Positions 1 to 7,755 of a stretch of DNA of 10,879 bases are shown here, in pieces; position 1 is the stretch's first letter, and every line of letters begins with the position of its first letter. A program made the position numbers and the translations under genes. The DNA lies in assembly GCA_043822705.1 (NCBI GenBank), contig JBDRBK010000155.1:1-10879 (forward strand), in the 5' to 3' direction. Origin of the DNA: Fidelibacterota bacterium (lineage in GTDB: Bacteria; Fidelibacterota; Marinisomatia; Marinisomatales; TCS56). The notes below the pieces were generated by a model. The model was not told the origin of the DNA. It did not search any database and saw only the letters and a list, made by a program, of their open reading frames with translations.

Positions 1-579
1 CGATTCGGCAATTTTCCGCACCAGCGGTACCAGCCGCACCTTGACCGCCTCGAACAGCCGGGTCACTTCCGCCGAGGTCATTCCCGGTTCGAAATAATCC
101 AGCAATGTGTCGTAGGGTGTGGTCTTGACCCCCAGATAATCTATTTCACGGAATTTCAGGTCGACGATTTTCTCCAAAAATGGTTGGAATTTTCCAAAAT
201 CATTGGCTTTCCGGGCTTGCGCCCAGACCTGCTGGGCCATTGACGTGGTCTGTGAATATTCTTCCACGAATTCCTTTGGCAGGGCGGCGGCCCGGTGGTA
301 ATTACTCCAGATCTCGCGGACTAGGCGCTCCTGCTCCGCCGTCAGTTGGGCGTCGGGCTGACCCGATTCCAAGTCCACCAGTTCTCCCAGCGCTCCGCGC
401 ACTACGGGACCAACCAGACGCTCGTGCCGCAGACTGTCCAGCAGGGCGATCTGATCGGCCCGGCTGGCTCCCCCGCCTTCGGGCATATAGGTTTCCTGAT
501 CCCATTGCAACAAGGACGAAGCGCCCTGCAGATCGGCGATAATTTTCAGTTCCTTTATTAAGGTTTCCAGCGGTGTCAT
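1..579 (-). CDS. Carboxypeptidase, M32 family (carboxypeptidase Taq/Pfu-like); N-terminal 193 aa, continues past the left edge
   Basis: Not in the ORF track; translated by hand from ATG at 579. MTPLETLIKELKIIADLQGASSLLQWDQETYMPEGGGASRADQIALL...VWAQARKANDFGKFQPFLEKIVDL...PYDTLLDYFEPGMT. The WDQETYMP, W..AR..NDF..F.P.L and YD.LLD.FEPG motifs are characteristic of M32. GAGGAG lies 5 nt upstream. The HEXXH motif would lie outside the window. Confidence 0.93.
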   Translation of the reverse strand, partial: MTPLETLIKELKIIADLQGASSLLQWDQETYMPEGGGASRADQIALLDSLRHERLVGPVVRGALGELVDLESGQPDAQLTAEQERLVREIWSNYHRAAALPKEFVEEYSQTTSMAQQVWAQARKANDFGKFQPFLEKIVDLKFREIDYLGVKTTPYDTLLDYFEPGMTSAEVTRLFEAVKVRLVPLVRKIAES

Positions 580-584
580 GTTTT

Positions 585-590
585 CTCCTC
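585..590 (-). promoter_or_regulatory. Shine-Dalgarno site (GAGGAG) for the M32 carboxypeptidase
   Basis: Minus strand reads GAGGAG-aaaac-ATG, inside the 16-nt gap after the upstream lipoprotein stop. This suggests a two-gene operon. Confidence 0.8.
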
Positions 591-595
591 GGTTT

Positions 596-1195
596 TTATT
601 TCCAAAACGCTTCATAAATTTCTTTGCGGTGCAAAACAGCCGCCCGCAGATCCTCGGCTTCTTTGGTCAGCTCCGGCGGCAGCCCTTTTTTGAAAGCCTT
701 GTCGTAGGCTTCGAGTATTAATTCAAAATCATCATGATTTTTTTTCTCATAGCTGCGGGCCAGCCAATAATGTGGTGCGGCGCTGGCAGTGTCCAGCACG
801 GCCGCTTCGCCGAATTTGACAATCGCTTCCCATAAATCGTTGGGGCCGCCACGTTTGAAATGAAACTGGCCGGTCGACATGGCCGCCCAATAGCGCGCTT
901 CACGCTGGCGGGGATGAAGAACCTGAACATGCTCGAAATTATCCGTGGCCGCGGACCAGTCAGCGGCAGCGTAAGCGGCGCACCCGTTAGTCAGATACAG
1001 TTCAACCAGAACCTGCTTCAGTTCTTCGCTGTTAGGGCAGGCCGCCAGCAGTGAATCTTCATGGGCCAGAACCCACTCCGGATCAGTCTGCGCCAGTGTT
1101 TTAAAGTTCGGCCGCGTCGTTCCACAACCAGTGATTAGTAACTGTCCGGTCACTACTAGTACCGGCAGCAAGATTGAGTGCGCGTATTTTTGCAT
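596..1195 (-). CDS. Putative lipoprotein with TPR-like helical repeats
   Basis: Hydrophobic N-terminus ending in a lipobox-like LITG-C24. TPR-like helix pairs: LYLTNGCAAYAAADWSAATDNFEHVQVLHP, EAIVKFGEAAVLD, APHYWLARSYEK, ILEAYDKA. Confidence 0.7.
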   Translation of the reverse strand: MQKYAHSILLPVLVVTGQLLITGCGTTRPNFKTLAQTDPEWVLAHEDSLLAACPNSEELKQVLVELYLTNGCAAYAAADWSAATDNFEHVQVLHPRQREARYWAAMSTGQFHFKRGGPNDLWEAIVKFGEAAVLDTASAAPHYWLARSYEKKNHDDFELILEAYDKAFKKGLPPELTKEAEDLRAAVLHRKEIYEAFWK

Positions 1196-1336
1196 GCGTC
1201 AATTTACTAACGTCTGCACCATCGCCGAAACCGTCCATTGGATCAAGCGGCTGTTCCGGCTATGACCGTATAAACGATTATTATCTAAATTAATGCGCGT
1301 TATTTCTGACCGACATAAGAATTTGAAGGATCAATC

Positions 1337-2299
1337 ATGAGAAAAATCATTTTAGGCAGAACCGGGCGGAGCGTGTCGGCTGTCAGCTTTGGAACCTGGG
1401 CGCACGGCGGGCCAAACAGCAGTGCCGGCGGGCAACCGATCGGCTGGTCCGGCCATGATGATCGCCTGGCGGAAGCGGCCCTGATCCGGGCCTGGGAACT
1501 GGGAATCAATCACTGGGATACGGCCGATGTTTACGGCGAAGGTAATTCGGAACAGCTGATCGGGCGGGCCTTCGAAACCGTGCCGCGGGAAGAAATTTTC
1601 CTGGCCTCCAAGGTCGGCTGGAATCAGGGCGACTACCCGCATTATTACCATCCGACGCTCATGCGGAAACGCTTGGAAAGAACCCTGCAAAACCTGCGGG
1701 TGGACATGGTTGACTTGTTCTATTTTCATCACTGTCTGTTCGGGAAGAAAAATGAACTGCTCGAGCCGGCGCTGGAAGCAATGCTGCAATTCCGGGAGGA
1801 AGGTAAAATCCAGTTTATCGGTCTTTCGGACTGGAATTGTCGCAAAATCATGAAAGTCGTCGATCGTATAAACCCCGACGTAATTCAGCCCTACCGTAAC
1901 GTTCGGGACGACGACTATGCCGCCAGCGGCCTGCGCCAATGGATCAACGACAACAATACCGGCGTCGTGTTTTTTTCGCCTCTGCGGCACGGTCTGCTGA
2001 CGGGTAAATATAATGCTCCGGCTACATTTACAGCCGGTGATTTCCGCTCCGGCGTACCCGAGTTCCGCGATGCCGGCTTCATCGCCCGCACCCAAACCAA
2101 CCGCCGTTTGCTGGAAGAACGTTTCGCCACACATCCCCAGCCCGTGCTGCACGGCCTTTCCGGCGCTTTGCTGACCGACGCGCCGACCGGCTGCGTTCTA
2201 CTGGGTCAGCGCAATCCCCAGCAGGTCGAGGCTGCTGCGACACTCGGTGAACCACTGTCCGCCGCAGAAAGCGCCTGGGTCTTTTCGCTGTACCAATAA
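1337..2299 (+). CDS. Aldo/keto reductase
   Basis: LGRTG..VS..SFGTW start. GINHWDTADVYG carries D61 and Y66, FLASKVG carries K92 and DLFYFHH carries H131, giving a complete catalytic tetrad. Also EGKIQFIGLS and SPL.HGLLTGKY. GAAGGA Shine-Dalgarno at 1325-1330. Confidence 0.95.
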   Translation: MRKIILGRTGRSVSAVSFGTWAHGGPNSSAGGQPIGWSGHDDRLAEAALIRAWELGINHWDTADVYGEGNSEQLIGRAFETVPREEIFLASKVGWNQGDYPHYYHPTLMRKRLERTLQNLRVDMVDLFYFHHCLFGKKNELLEPALEAMLQFREEGKIQFIGLSDWNCRKIMKVVDRINPDVIQPYRNVRDDDYAASGLRQWINDNNTGVVFFSPLRHGLLTGKYNAPATFTAGDFRSGVPEFRDAGFIARTQTNRRLLEERFATHPQPVLHGLSGALLTDAPTGCVLLGQRNPQQVEAAATLGEPLSAAESAWVFSLYQ

Positions 2300-2330
2300 C
2301 ACTTAATGCCAACAGGAAACAACTGAACCG

Positions 2331-2945
2331 ATGGCCTATAAAATCTGGAAAACCCTGGACCAGGTCGAACGCTACGCCAATAAACGTTATCGGACCTGGG
2401 ATCAACGCTGGATCAGCAACCGCGAGCAACGCCTGGTGGCGGACTTGTTCCGCCGCCACGATCTGGGCGACACAATTCTGGATGCGCCGTCCGGCTTCGG
2501 TCGATTTCACGGTTTACTGCGCGCCTTCGGCACGGTATATGCCGCCGATCTGAACCATTTTGCCGTGGAATATTATAATCAGCGGATTTGTTCCGATCCG
2601 CCGGCCGTTGAAGCTGCAGCCGACAACCTGCCGTTTCCGGATGGTAATTTCGACAGCGTTTTCTGTTTCCGGCTGCTCCAGCACATCCACGGTGCCGACG
2701 AACGAATCGCGATCCTGACCGAGCTGGCCCGCGTCAGCCGGCGAGCCGTAGTGGCGTCCATTTATATTGAAACCTGGTTTCACAGCACCCACCGCAAGCT
2801 GGTAAAAATGCCGTCTAAAATCACAATGATCGCTCGGGATCAACTGGCCGCCGAAGCCAAAGCCGCCGGATTGCGCCTGGCGGAGCTGCGGGCGGTCGTA
2901 CCGGGCCTGCACGCCCACCAGATCGGACTATTTTTTAAAGAATAG
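2331..2945 (+). CDS. Class I SAM-dependent methyltransferase (Methyltransf_11-like)
   Basis: Motif I ILDAPSGFGRF, motif II VYAADLN, then A.NLPFPDGNFDSVFCFRLLQHI and ILTELARVS. Starts 31 nt after the AKR stop on the same strand. Confidence 0.9.
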   Translation: MAYKIWKTLDQVERYANKRYRTWDQRWISNREQRLVADLFRRHDLGDTILDAPSGFGRFHGLLRAFGTVYAADLNHFAVEYYNQRICSDPPAVEAAADNLPFPDGNFDSVFCFRLLQHIHGADERIAILTELARVSRRAVVASIYIETWFHSTHRKLVKMPSKITMIARDQLAAEAKAAGLRLAELRAVVPGLHAHQIGLFFKE

Positions 2946-3716
2946 GCGTTTCAACGCCGCCTTGCCACGCCGGTACCGCTGCAGCTTCCGGCGGGCCCGG
3001 CGATAGCCGGCCTCCCAGTCACCAGCCACCGCACTTTCATTGCCATATACAGTAAAAAATCCGGTGACCAGGACCTGATTTTCGTTGTACCGGTGGCCAA
3101 AGTTCAATTTGGCCAGATCGTTCAACCGCTGCCGGACCGTCAAGCGCCGCAACACCCGCGCCCTGTTCAGGTCCACAATGTGAACCTGCCCTACTGAATC
3201 AACCAGAAAATTGCCGGTCGTCAGGTCGCGGTGTAGAATTCCGGCGTTGTGCATCCGCGCCAGACTGAGCGCCAGATCGGCGAATACCGTCAGTACCGCG
3301 GATTCTTCCGGACCGGATTTCAGGAATTTCCGCAGGGTCACATGCGGCCGGATAGCGGCACAGACAAACAGGTTGGTCTGGATCAGTCCCAAACAACGGT
3401 CAGTTAAAACTGCAATCGGGGCAGGCGTGCGGGAACCAGCTTGCCTCAGGGCACGGGCGGTCCGCCAGCTCAAGGCCGCCCGGCTGGGCATCAGTGGTGA
3501 TAAAAAATAATGTATCCGGCTGCGCCAGCCGAACAGCTTGACAACTATGGGACCAAGTGACGATTCAATTTCCGCAACCAGGTTGGGGCGCCGGTCAAAA
3601 ATCTTAACGGCTCGTTTTTCGAGCGCGTTGCGATCGAGCAAGTCTACCGGTAGCAGCGGCGCCGGCCATTGCCCAGACCAATCCCGGTTCATAAAGATGG
3701 ACTTTTTCATTGTCAT
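2928..3716 (-). CDS. Lipopolysaccharide kinase, Kdo/WaaP/InaA family (protein-kinase-like fold)
   Basis: IVVKLF (beta3 Lys), SRAALSW..A..L..AG..TPAP, catalytic loop MHNAGILHRDLTTGNFLV, metal-binding IVDLNRAR, and R..DLAKL. The start is uncertain: GTG 3722, or ATG 3716, 3710 or 3692. Confidence 0.85.
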   Translation of the reverse strand: MTMKKSIFMNRDWSGQWPAPLLPVDLLDRNALEKRAVKIFDRRPNLVAEIESSLGPIVVKLFGWRSRIHYFLSPLMPSRAALSWRTARALRQAGSRTPAPIAVLTDRCLGLIQTNLFVCAAIRPHVTLRKFLKSGPEESAVLTVFADLALSLARMHNAGILHRDLTTGNFLVDSVGQVHIVDLNRARVLRRLTVRQRLNDLAKLNFGHRYNENQVLVTGFFTVYGNESAVAGDWEAGYRRARRKLQRYRRGKAALKRLFFKK

Positions 3717-3888
3717 GATCACTCAATTGTTAAATCAAAGACCACGGCGATATTGAACGCCAGCCTGCTTTGTTTCGGCGCAGGCAATTTAAATCTTTTC
3801 ATTTTGGAGTAGACAGGATATATTTCCCGTAATTATTGATTTCCACCGGATGGCACAACCATTCCCGCAACCTTTCCAAGAGGCGCAA

Positions 3889-4590
3889 ATGAGTAAACAC
3901 CGTCAACCACAAAGTCATTCGGCAGTAGCCGGCATGATCCTGGTCGTTATTGGTATCCTGTTTCTTTTCGACACTTTTCACCATCTTCATTTAGGGCGAT
4001 TTATCGCTCATTGGTGGCCGCTGATCCTGATTGCCGCCGGGATCGCCAAACTGCGCAGCGACGATCGGCCGGGTGGTGGAATCTTGGTAATTATCGGCGC
4101 CGTATGCCTGTCGGCCACGCTCGATATTATCAACTGGGGCAGTATCTGGCGCTTCTGGCCGGTCATTCTGATTTTGGTCGGGTTGCAGATCATTTTCAGG
4201 ACCAGGGGCCAAGCCCGGCCCTGGGGAAAAACCACCAGCCGGACCGACGAAAATTATTTCAACTATACGGCCATTTTCAGTGGCGGCGAACACCGTATCG
4301 TTGCCACTGAATTACGGGGCGGCGAAGGGCTGGCACTGTTCGGCGGCCTGGAAATCGACCTGACCGCCGCGGCTCCCGCCGATAATTGTACTTTCAATTT
4401 AACGGCTCTGTTTGGCGGTATCGAACTGTTGGTTCCCGCCGACTGGCAGATTGTCACTTCCGGTACGCCGATCTTCGGATCGATCGCCAACCAGACCAGG
4501 GCCGGCGTTGGACCGGATACTAAAACCGTCTATCTTAACGGCACAGTTCTTTTCGGTGGTATTGAAATAAAAAATCAGCCGGGCAGTTAG
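3889..4590 (+). CDS. LiaF-like cell-envelope-stress membrane protein (N-terminal TM hairpins plus C-terminal DUF2154-like beta domain)
   Basis: Two internally repeated TM units (WWPLILIAAG and FWPVILILVG). C-terminal repeats AIFSGGE, ALFGGLEI, ALFGGIEL.VP.DW, PIFGSI and VLFGGIEIK. ATG 3889 is preferred over 3850 because GAGG lies 5 nt upstream. Confidence 0.8.
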   Translation: MSKHRQPQSHSAVAGMILVVIGILFLFDTFHHLHLGRFIAHWWPLILIAAGIAKLRSDDRPGGGILVIIGAVCLSATLDIINWGSIWRFWPVILILVGLQIIFRTRGQARPWGKTTSRTDENYFNYTAIFSGGEHRIVATELRGGEGLALFGGLEIDLTAAAPADNCTFNLTALFGGIELLVPADWQIVTSGTPIFGSIANQTRAGVGPDTKTVYLNGTVLFGGIEIKNQPGS

Positions 4591-4607
4591 GCCCGCCCGG
4601 CTGATTT
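4572..4607. terminator. Bidirectional intrinsic terminator between the convergent liaF-like and porin genes
   Basis: Perfect 13-bp inverted repeat AAATCAGCCGGGC (4572-4584) / GCCCGGCTGATTT (4595-4607) with a 10-nt loop. T-rich tails on both strands: TTTCTTTCT on +, TTTTTTATTT on -. Confidence 0.8.
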
Positions 4608-4629
4608 CTTTCTATCGAATATCTGATTT

Positions 4630-5853
4630 TTAAAAGAACAGATAGGTGGCCAGCAATCCCCGAACGTTAGTCACACGCTCGTCGGAAGACAGCGTTTTGG
4701 GGGACAGATCCGCTTTATAGGCGCCGGCGTACAGCGCGCTGGTGATTTCCAGCTCAAATGCAAAGCGCAGTTTTCCGGCATTATAGACGGCCCGCGGGCT
4801 CACCCGCCAGAGGCCGGCAATATTGGGAGACCGGGCCGCAGAAAAATCATGAATCACATCCTGCTCCAGATCGCTGCCGATTCCCAGATTGGTCGAATAA
4901 CCGGCAAAAACACCCAGTGACACCGCTCCGCCGGAAGTCATCACGTCAATCCAGGTACTGAGGTTTCTGGTCGGAAAATATTCCACATCAGTAGTAACTG
5001 TGTCAGTCAGTATCGCATAACCGCCCAGCATCAACTGATCGGCCAGGTCGCCACCGTAGATAGTTTTGGCGCGCATGGCCAGTTTATCGCCGACCAGTTT
5101 TCCGTAAGCCGTAAAAACCGTTGAACTGAAAACATCGGCACCGGCCGAATGACGGATGAAACGGAGATGCCCGCCGCCACCGATTAGCGCCTTGGCCGTA
5201 CCCAATTCTCCGAAAAGATGCAAGCCTGGCAGACCGGACTGCTGCTGTTTTGTACGGCCGCTGATTTCCTGAAAGGCGTCGCGCTGCATCGTTGCGGCAC
5301 CAATCACCGTCAGGTTTTCACCAACCTTGGTGGTGTAACGGATCTGCGGATTGCGGGCGAAAGGCTGAATCGGCATCCCGGTATTAAAACTCACCACCTG
5401 GGGAAAAACCGCCGTCGAAAACAGCGGTGACCAGTACTGCCCGATCTGAAGCTGGCTGGCGCCCCAGTTCAATTTCACAAACGAGTGGCGCAGTCGGAAC
5501 TCATTTTCATTGCCATTGGACGCACCAAAAAAGTCCCCCTCGATCAGACCGGTAACCTTGGCGCCCAGGGCATCCGGCGCTGTGATGTCGGCTCGCAGGC
5601 GGGTCTGAAAATTCACCATATTGATGTTGTTGACGGCATTCAAATCATTGCCTTCCGCGTCCTCACTGATACCGGCCGGATACAGCAGGAAATGTCCTTC
5701 GCGGGCGGAAACGACCTGGCGCGTGTCATAAAAACCATCAAACTTTATAAATCCACTAATGCTTGTACTTACACCGGCATCGTCGGCAGCGAGCGGACCG
5801 ACCAGAGCAGCAAGACTAAGGGCGATCAGCATTATCGTTGTGTATCTACGCAT
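4630..5853 (-). CDS. Outer-membrane beta-barrel porin, DcaP-like
   Basis: Signal peptide MRRYTTIMLIALSLAALVGPLAA. Motifs GFIKFDGFYD, QTRL, IEGDFFG, FRLRHSFVKLNW, IGQYWSP and RNPQIRY resemble the DcaP family. Amphipathic beta strands and a C-terminal ATYLFF beta-signal. AAGGA Shine-Dalgarno at 5860-5864. Confidence 0.8.
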   Translation of the reverse strand: MRRYTTIMLIALSLAALVGPLAADDAGVSTSISGFIKFDGFYDTRQVVSAREGHFLLYPAGISEDAEGNDLNAVNNINMVNFQTRLRADITAPDALGAKVTGLIEGDFFGASNGNENEFRLRHSFVKLNWGASQLQIGQYWSPLFSTAVFPQVVSFNTGMPIQPFARNPQIRYTTKVGENLTVIGAATMQRDAFQEISGRTKQQQSGLPGLHLFGELGTAKALIGGGGHLRFIRHSAGADVFSSTVFTAYGKLVGDKLAMRAKTIYGGDLADQLMLGGYAILTDTVTTDVEYFPTRNLSTWIDVMTSGGAVSLGVFAGYSTNLGIGSDLEQDVIHDFSAARSPNIAGLWRVSPRAVYNAGKLRFAFELEITSALYAGAYKADLSPKTLSSDERVTNVRGLLATYLFF

Positions 5854-5877
5854 TTTATTTCCTTTGATTTTTCCAGA

Positions 5878-5906
5878 ACCATAACAGTTAATGATTACTC
5901 TTTCAA
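5878..5906 (-). promoter_or_regulatory. Putative sigma70-type promoter for the porin gene
   Basis: Minus strand TTGAAA (5906-5901), a 17-nt spacer ending in TGt, then TATGGT (5883-5878). The -35 box matches 5/6 and the -10 is extended. It sits just upstream of the RBS, with an AT-rich tract upstream of the -35. Confidence 0.55.
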
Positions 5907-6006
5907 TCGAATTAATTTTTGTAAAATATTAGCATAGATTTTAGAACATGTTGAGGAAAGTGAAAACAAACAATACCGTTTTTAATACTCCGGGCAGAGG
6001 CCCGGC

Positions 6007-6879
6007 ATGAGCCGGTTGGCAATCATACTGCTGCTGGCTTTCGGACTACTGGCCGTCAGCACCGCCAGCATTTTTGTGCGGCTGGTCCCCGCCCTGCCGG
6101 CGGCGACCATCGCCTTCTGGCGAATGGCCGTAGCCAGTACTGTTTTATGGACCTATACCGGTTTACGTACCCGAGCGGTCATGACCGTATTGAATCGCCG
6201 GCTCTCGGCTCTGGCGGGAATTTTCCTGGGCTTACACTTCGCCTGTTTCTTCGCCGCCCTTCAATATACCAGCATTGCCAACGCCACCCTGTTTTCGGCC
6301 ATGGCCCCGTTTTTCACCGTTTTAGCCGAACGTTTTATTCTGGGGCGTTCCTGGAATTCACGGATAATCATCGGACTGGGAACGGCCCTGGTCGGTGCGG
6401 CTATAATTCAAGGCGGCCGTTTTGATTTCAGTGATCGCAGCACCATCGGCACTCTGTTAGGTCTGGGTGCCGCCGTCCTGATCGCCCTGGTCCTGCTGCT
6501 AACCGAGCGGATTCGGCGCGATACCGGATCGCTGGTGTTCAGTCGCAGTCTGTATCTTGCCGGCGGACTGACAATGCTGGTATTTACCGGCCTGTCCGGA
6601 GGCCGGTTACTGGCCGTTGATCCGTCAGATTATCTCTGGTTGGTCTTGTTAGGAGTTGTACCGACCGTGTTCGGTCATACCAGTTTTTACCATGCCGTAA
6701 AATTCGTGCGGCCTTCGGTGGTGGCGGCCGTGCCGCTGGGTGAGCCGCTGGTAGCTTCCGCCCTGGGCTGGTTTCTGCTGGGCGAGGCCGTGCCCCTGCA
6801 CTCGCTGGTCGGCGGAGTGATTACTCTGGCCGGCCTGTTCCTGTTGATTAATCAGCCGCGGCTTAAAATAGAATCCTAA
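6007..6879 (+). CDS. DMT/EamA family inner-membrane transporter
   Basis: 290 aa with about 10 hydrophobic segments in two EamA repeats. Motifs IAFWRM, ALQYTSIANAT, LGVVPTVFGH and LGEPLVAS.LGW.LLGE. Confidence 0.93.
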   Translation: MSRLAIILLLAFGLLAVSTASIFVRLVPALPAATIAFWRMAVASTVLWTYTGLRTRAVMTVLNRRLSALAGIFLGLHFACFFAALQYTSIANATLFSAMAPFFTVLAERFILGRSWNSRIIIGLGTALVGAAIIQGGRFDFSDRSTIGTLLGLGAAVLIALVLLLTERIRRDTGSLVFSRSLYLAGGLTMLVFTGLSGGRLLAVDPSDYLWLVLLGVVPTVFGHTSFYHAVKFVRPSVVAAVPLGEPLVASALGWFLLGEAVPLHSLVGGVITLAGLFLLINQPRLKIES

Positions 6880-7598
6880 AATTTATAACCAGTATGGCGG
6901 TCGTTCTCTTCCCGGAAACGCCAAACCAGGTCATGGTTTTTCACAAAGCCACGTTGTTCTTCCGGTAGCAAGGCACCGATCCGGCACATTATTTCCAGGC
7001 CGATCTCTTCCAATAACTGCTGCCGGGATTTACCGTCGGCTTCCTGCTCAAACGGACCAAAGGCACGACCGATACGAACAGTGACGGTCTGACGGACACC
7101 GCGGAATAAATTTTTCCAGAGATTATTATGACCGGTGACGCTGACCGGCAAAATCGGCACGTTGGTAGCCAGCGATAAATAGGCGGCGCCTTCCTTGGCT
7201 GGTCGCAGTTCGGTAGCCAGGGAAGTAGCTTCCGGAAAAATGCCCAGAATTTCGTTTTTCCGCAGTACCTGTAATGAAGTTTTAATAGTAGAGGGCGCCA
7301 ACTTGCTGCGGTTGGTGGGAATGAAACCGTAAATCCACGGCGCCCAGAACATGTCGTTGCCGACAACCTGATCGCTGGCCATCAGAAAATTAATCGGCCG
7401 CTGAGTGGCGTATATTATGAATATCGGGTCCAGCACACTGAAATGATTAGCTGCGATGATGTACGGGCCACGGTCCGGAATGAACTGCCGGCCGTATACT
7501 TTCACCCGGGAAGCCAGACTTAGCATGAACAGTGTAAAATAGCCGGACAGATAGCGAATGATCAGCGGACGTGGTCGGTATTTATTTAAATCGCGCAT
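6876..7598 (-). CDS. plsC: 1-acyl-sn-glycerol-3-phosphate acyltransferase-like (lysophospholipid acyltransferase family)
   Basis: Catalytic HX4D motif ANHFSVLDP, then FIPTNR, LGIFPEAT (FPEGT-like) and VPILPV. The family is clear; the exact acceptor is not. Confidence 0.85.
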   Translation of the reverse strand: MRDLNKYRPRPLIIRYLSGYFTLFMLSLASRVKVYGRQFIPDRGPYIIAANHFSVLDPIFIIYATQRPINFLMASDQVVGNDMFWAPWIYGFIPTNRSKLAPSTIKTSLQVLRKNEILGIFPEATSLATELRPAKEGAAYLSLATNVPILPVSVTGHNNLWKNLFRGVRQTVTVRIGRAFGPFEQEADGKSRQQLLEEIGLEIMCRIGALLPEEQRGFVKNHDLVWRFREENDRHTGYKF

Positions 7599-7755
7599 CT
7601 GTCAAATTAGTTTTATGTTGTTTTGCCTGGTTTATAGGCCTGTCGGCCGGGATATTTAATATCAACAGCGGTAAAATTACGAAGTATTTGATTTCCATCA
7701 ACGATTCTAAAAATCATTTGTTTATGATCGTCTGTCGCAAGAACTTTCCCCTATC

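Noticed and set aside
180..561. ORF-track calls 180..542 (+), 302..505 (-) and 346..561 (+)
   Set aside because: They overlap the real M32 carboxypeptidase frame (579 to <1, minus strand) and have no recognisable motifs.
1196..1336. Possible ncRNA or promoter in the lipoprotein/AKR divergent gap
   Set aside because: Only very short stems, and no convincing -35/-10 pair could be placed.
1352..2152. 266-aa antisense ORF
   Set aside because: It is a codon-aligned shadow of the aldo/keto reductase, a common effect at this GC content, and has no motifs.
3763..3785. Inverted repeat GCCTGC-N11-GCAGGC in the kinase/liaF divergent gap
   Set aside because: Only 6 bp with a long loop, and it lies between divergent genes where no terminator is expected. 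No recognisable RNA family.
4267..4570. Recurring FGG-encoding stretches in the liaF-like gene
   Set aside because: These are protein-level repeats of the DUF2154-like beta domain, not a DNA repeat array or CRISPR.
5485..5937. 150-aa + strand ORF
   Set aside because: It is antisense to the porin gene and runs through its promoter region; no motifs.
6876..6879. 4-nt stop-codon overlap of the convergent DMT and plsC-like genes
   Set aside because: A common arrangement in compact genomes; not informative alone.
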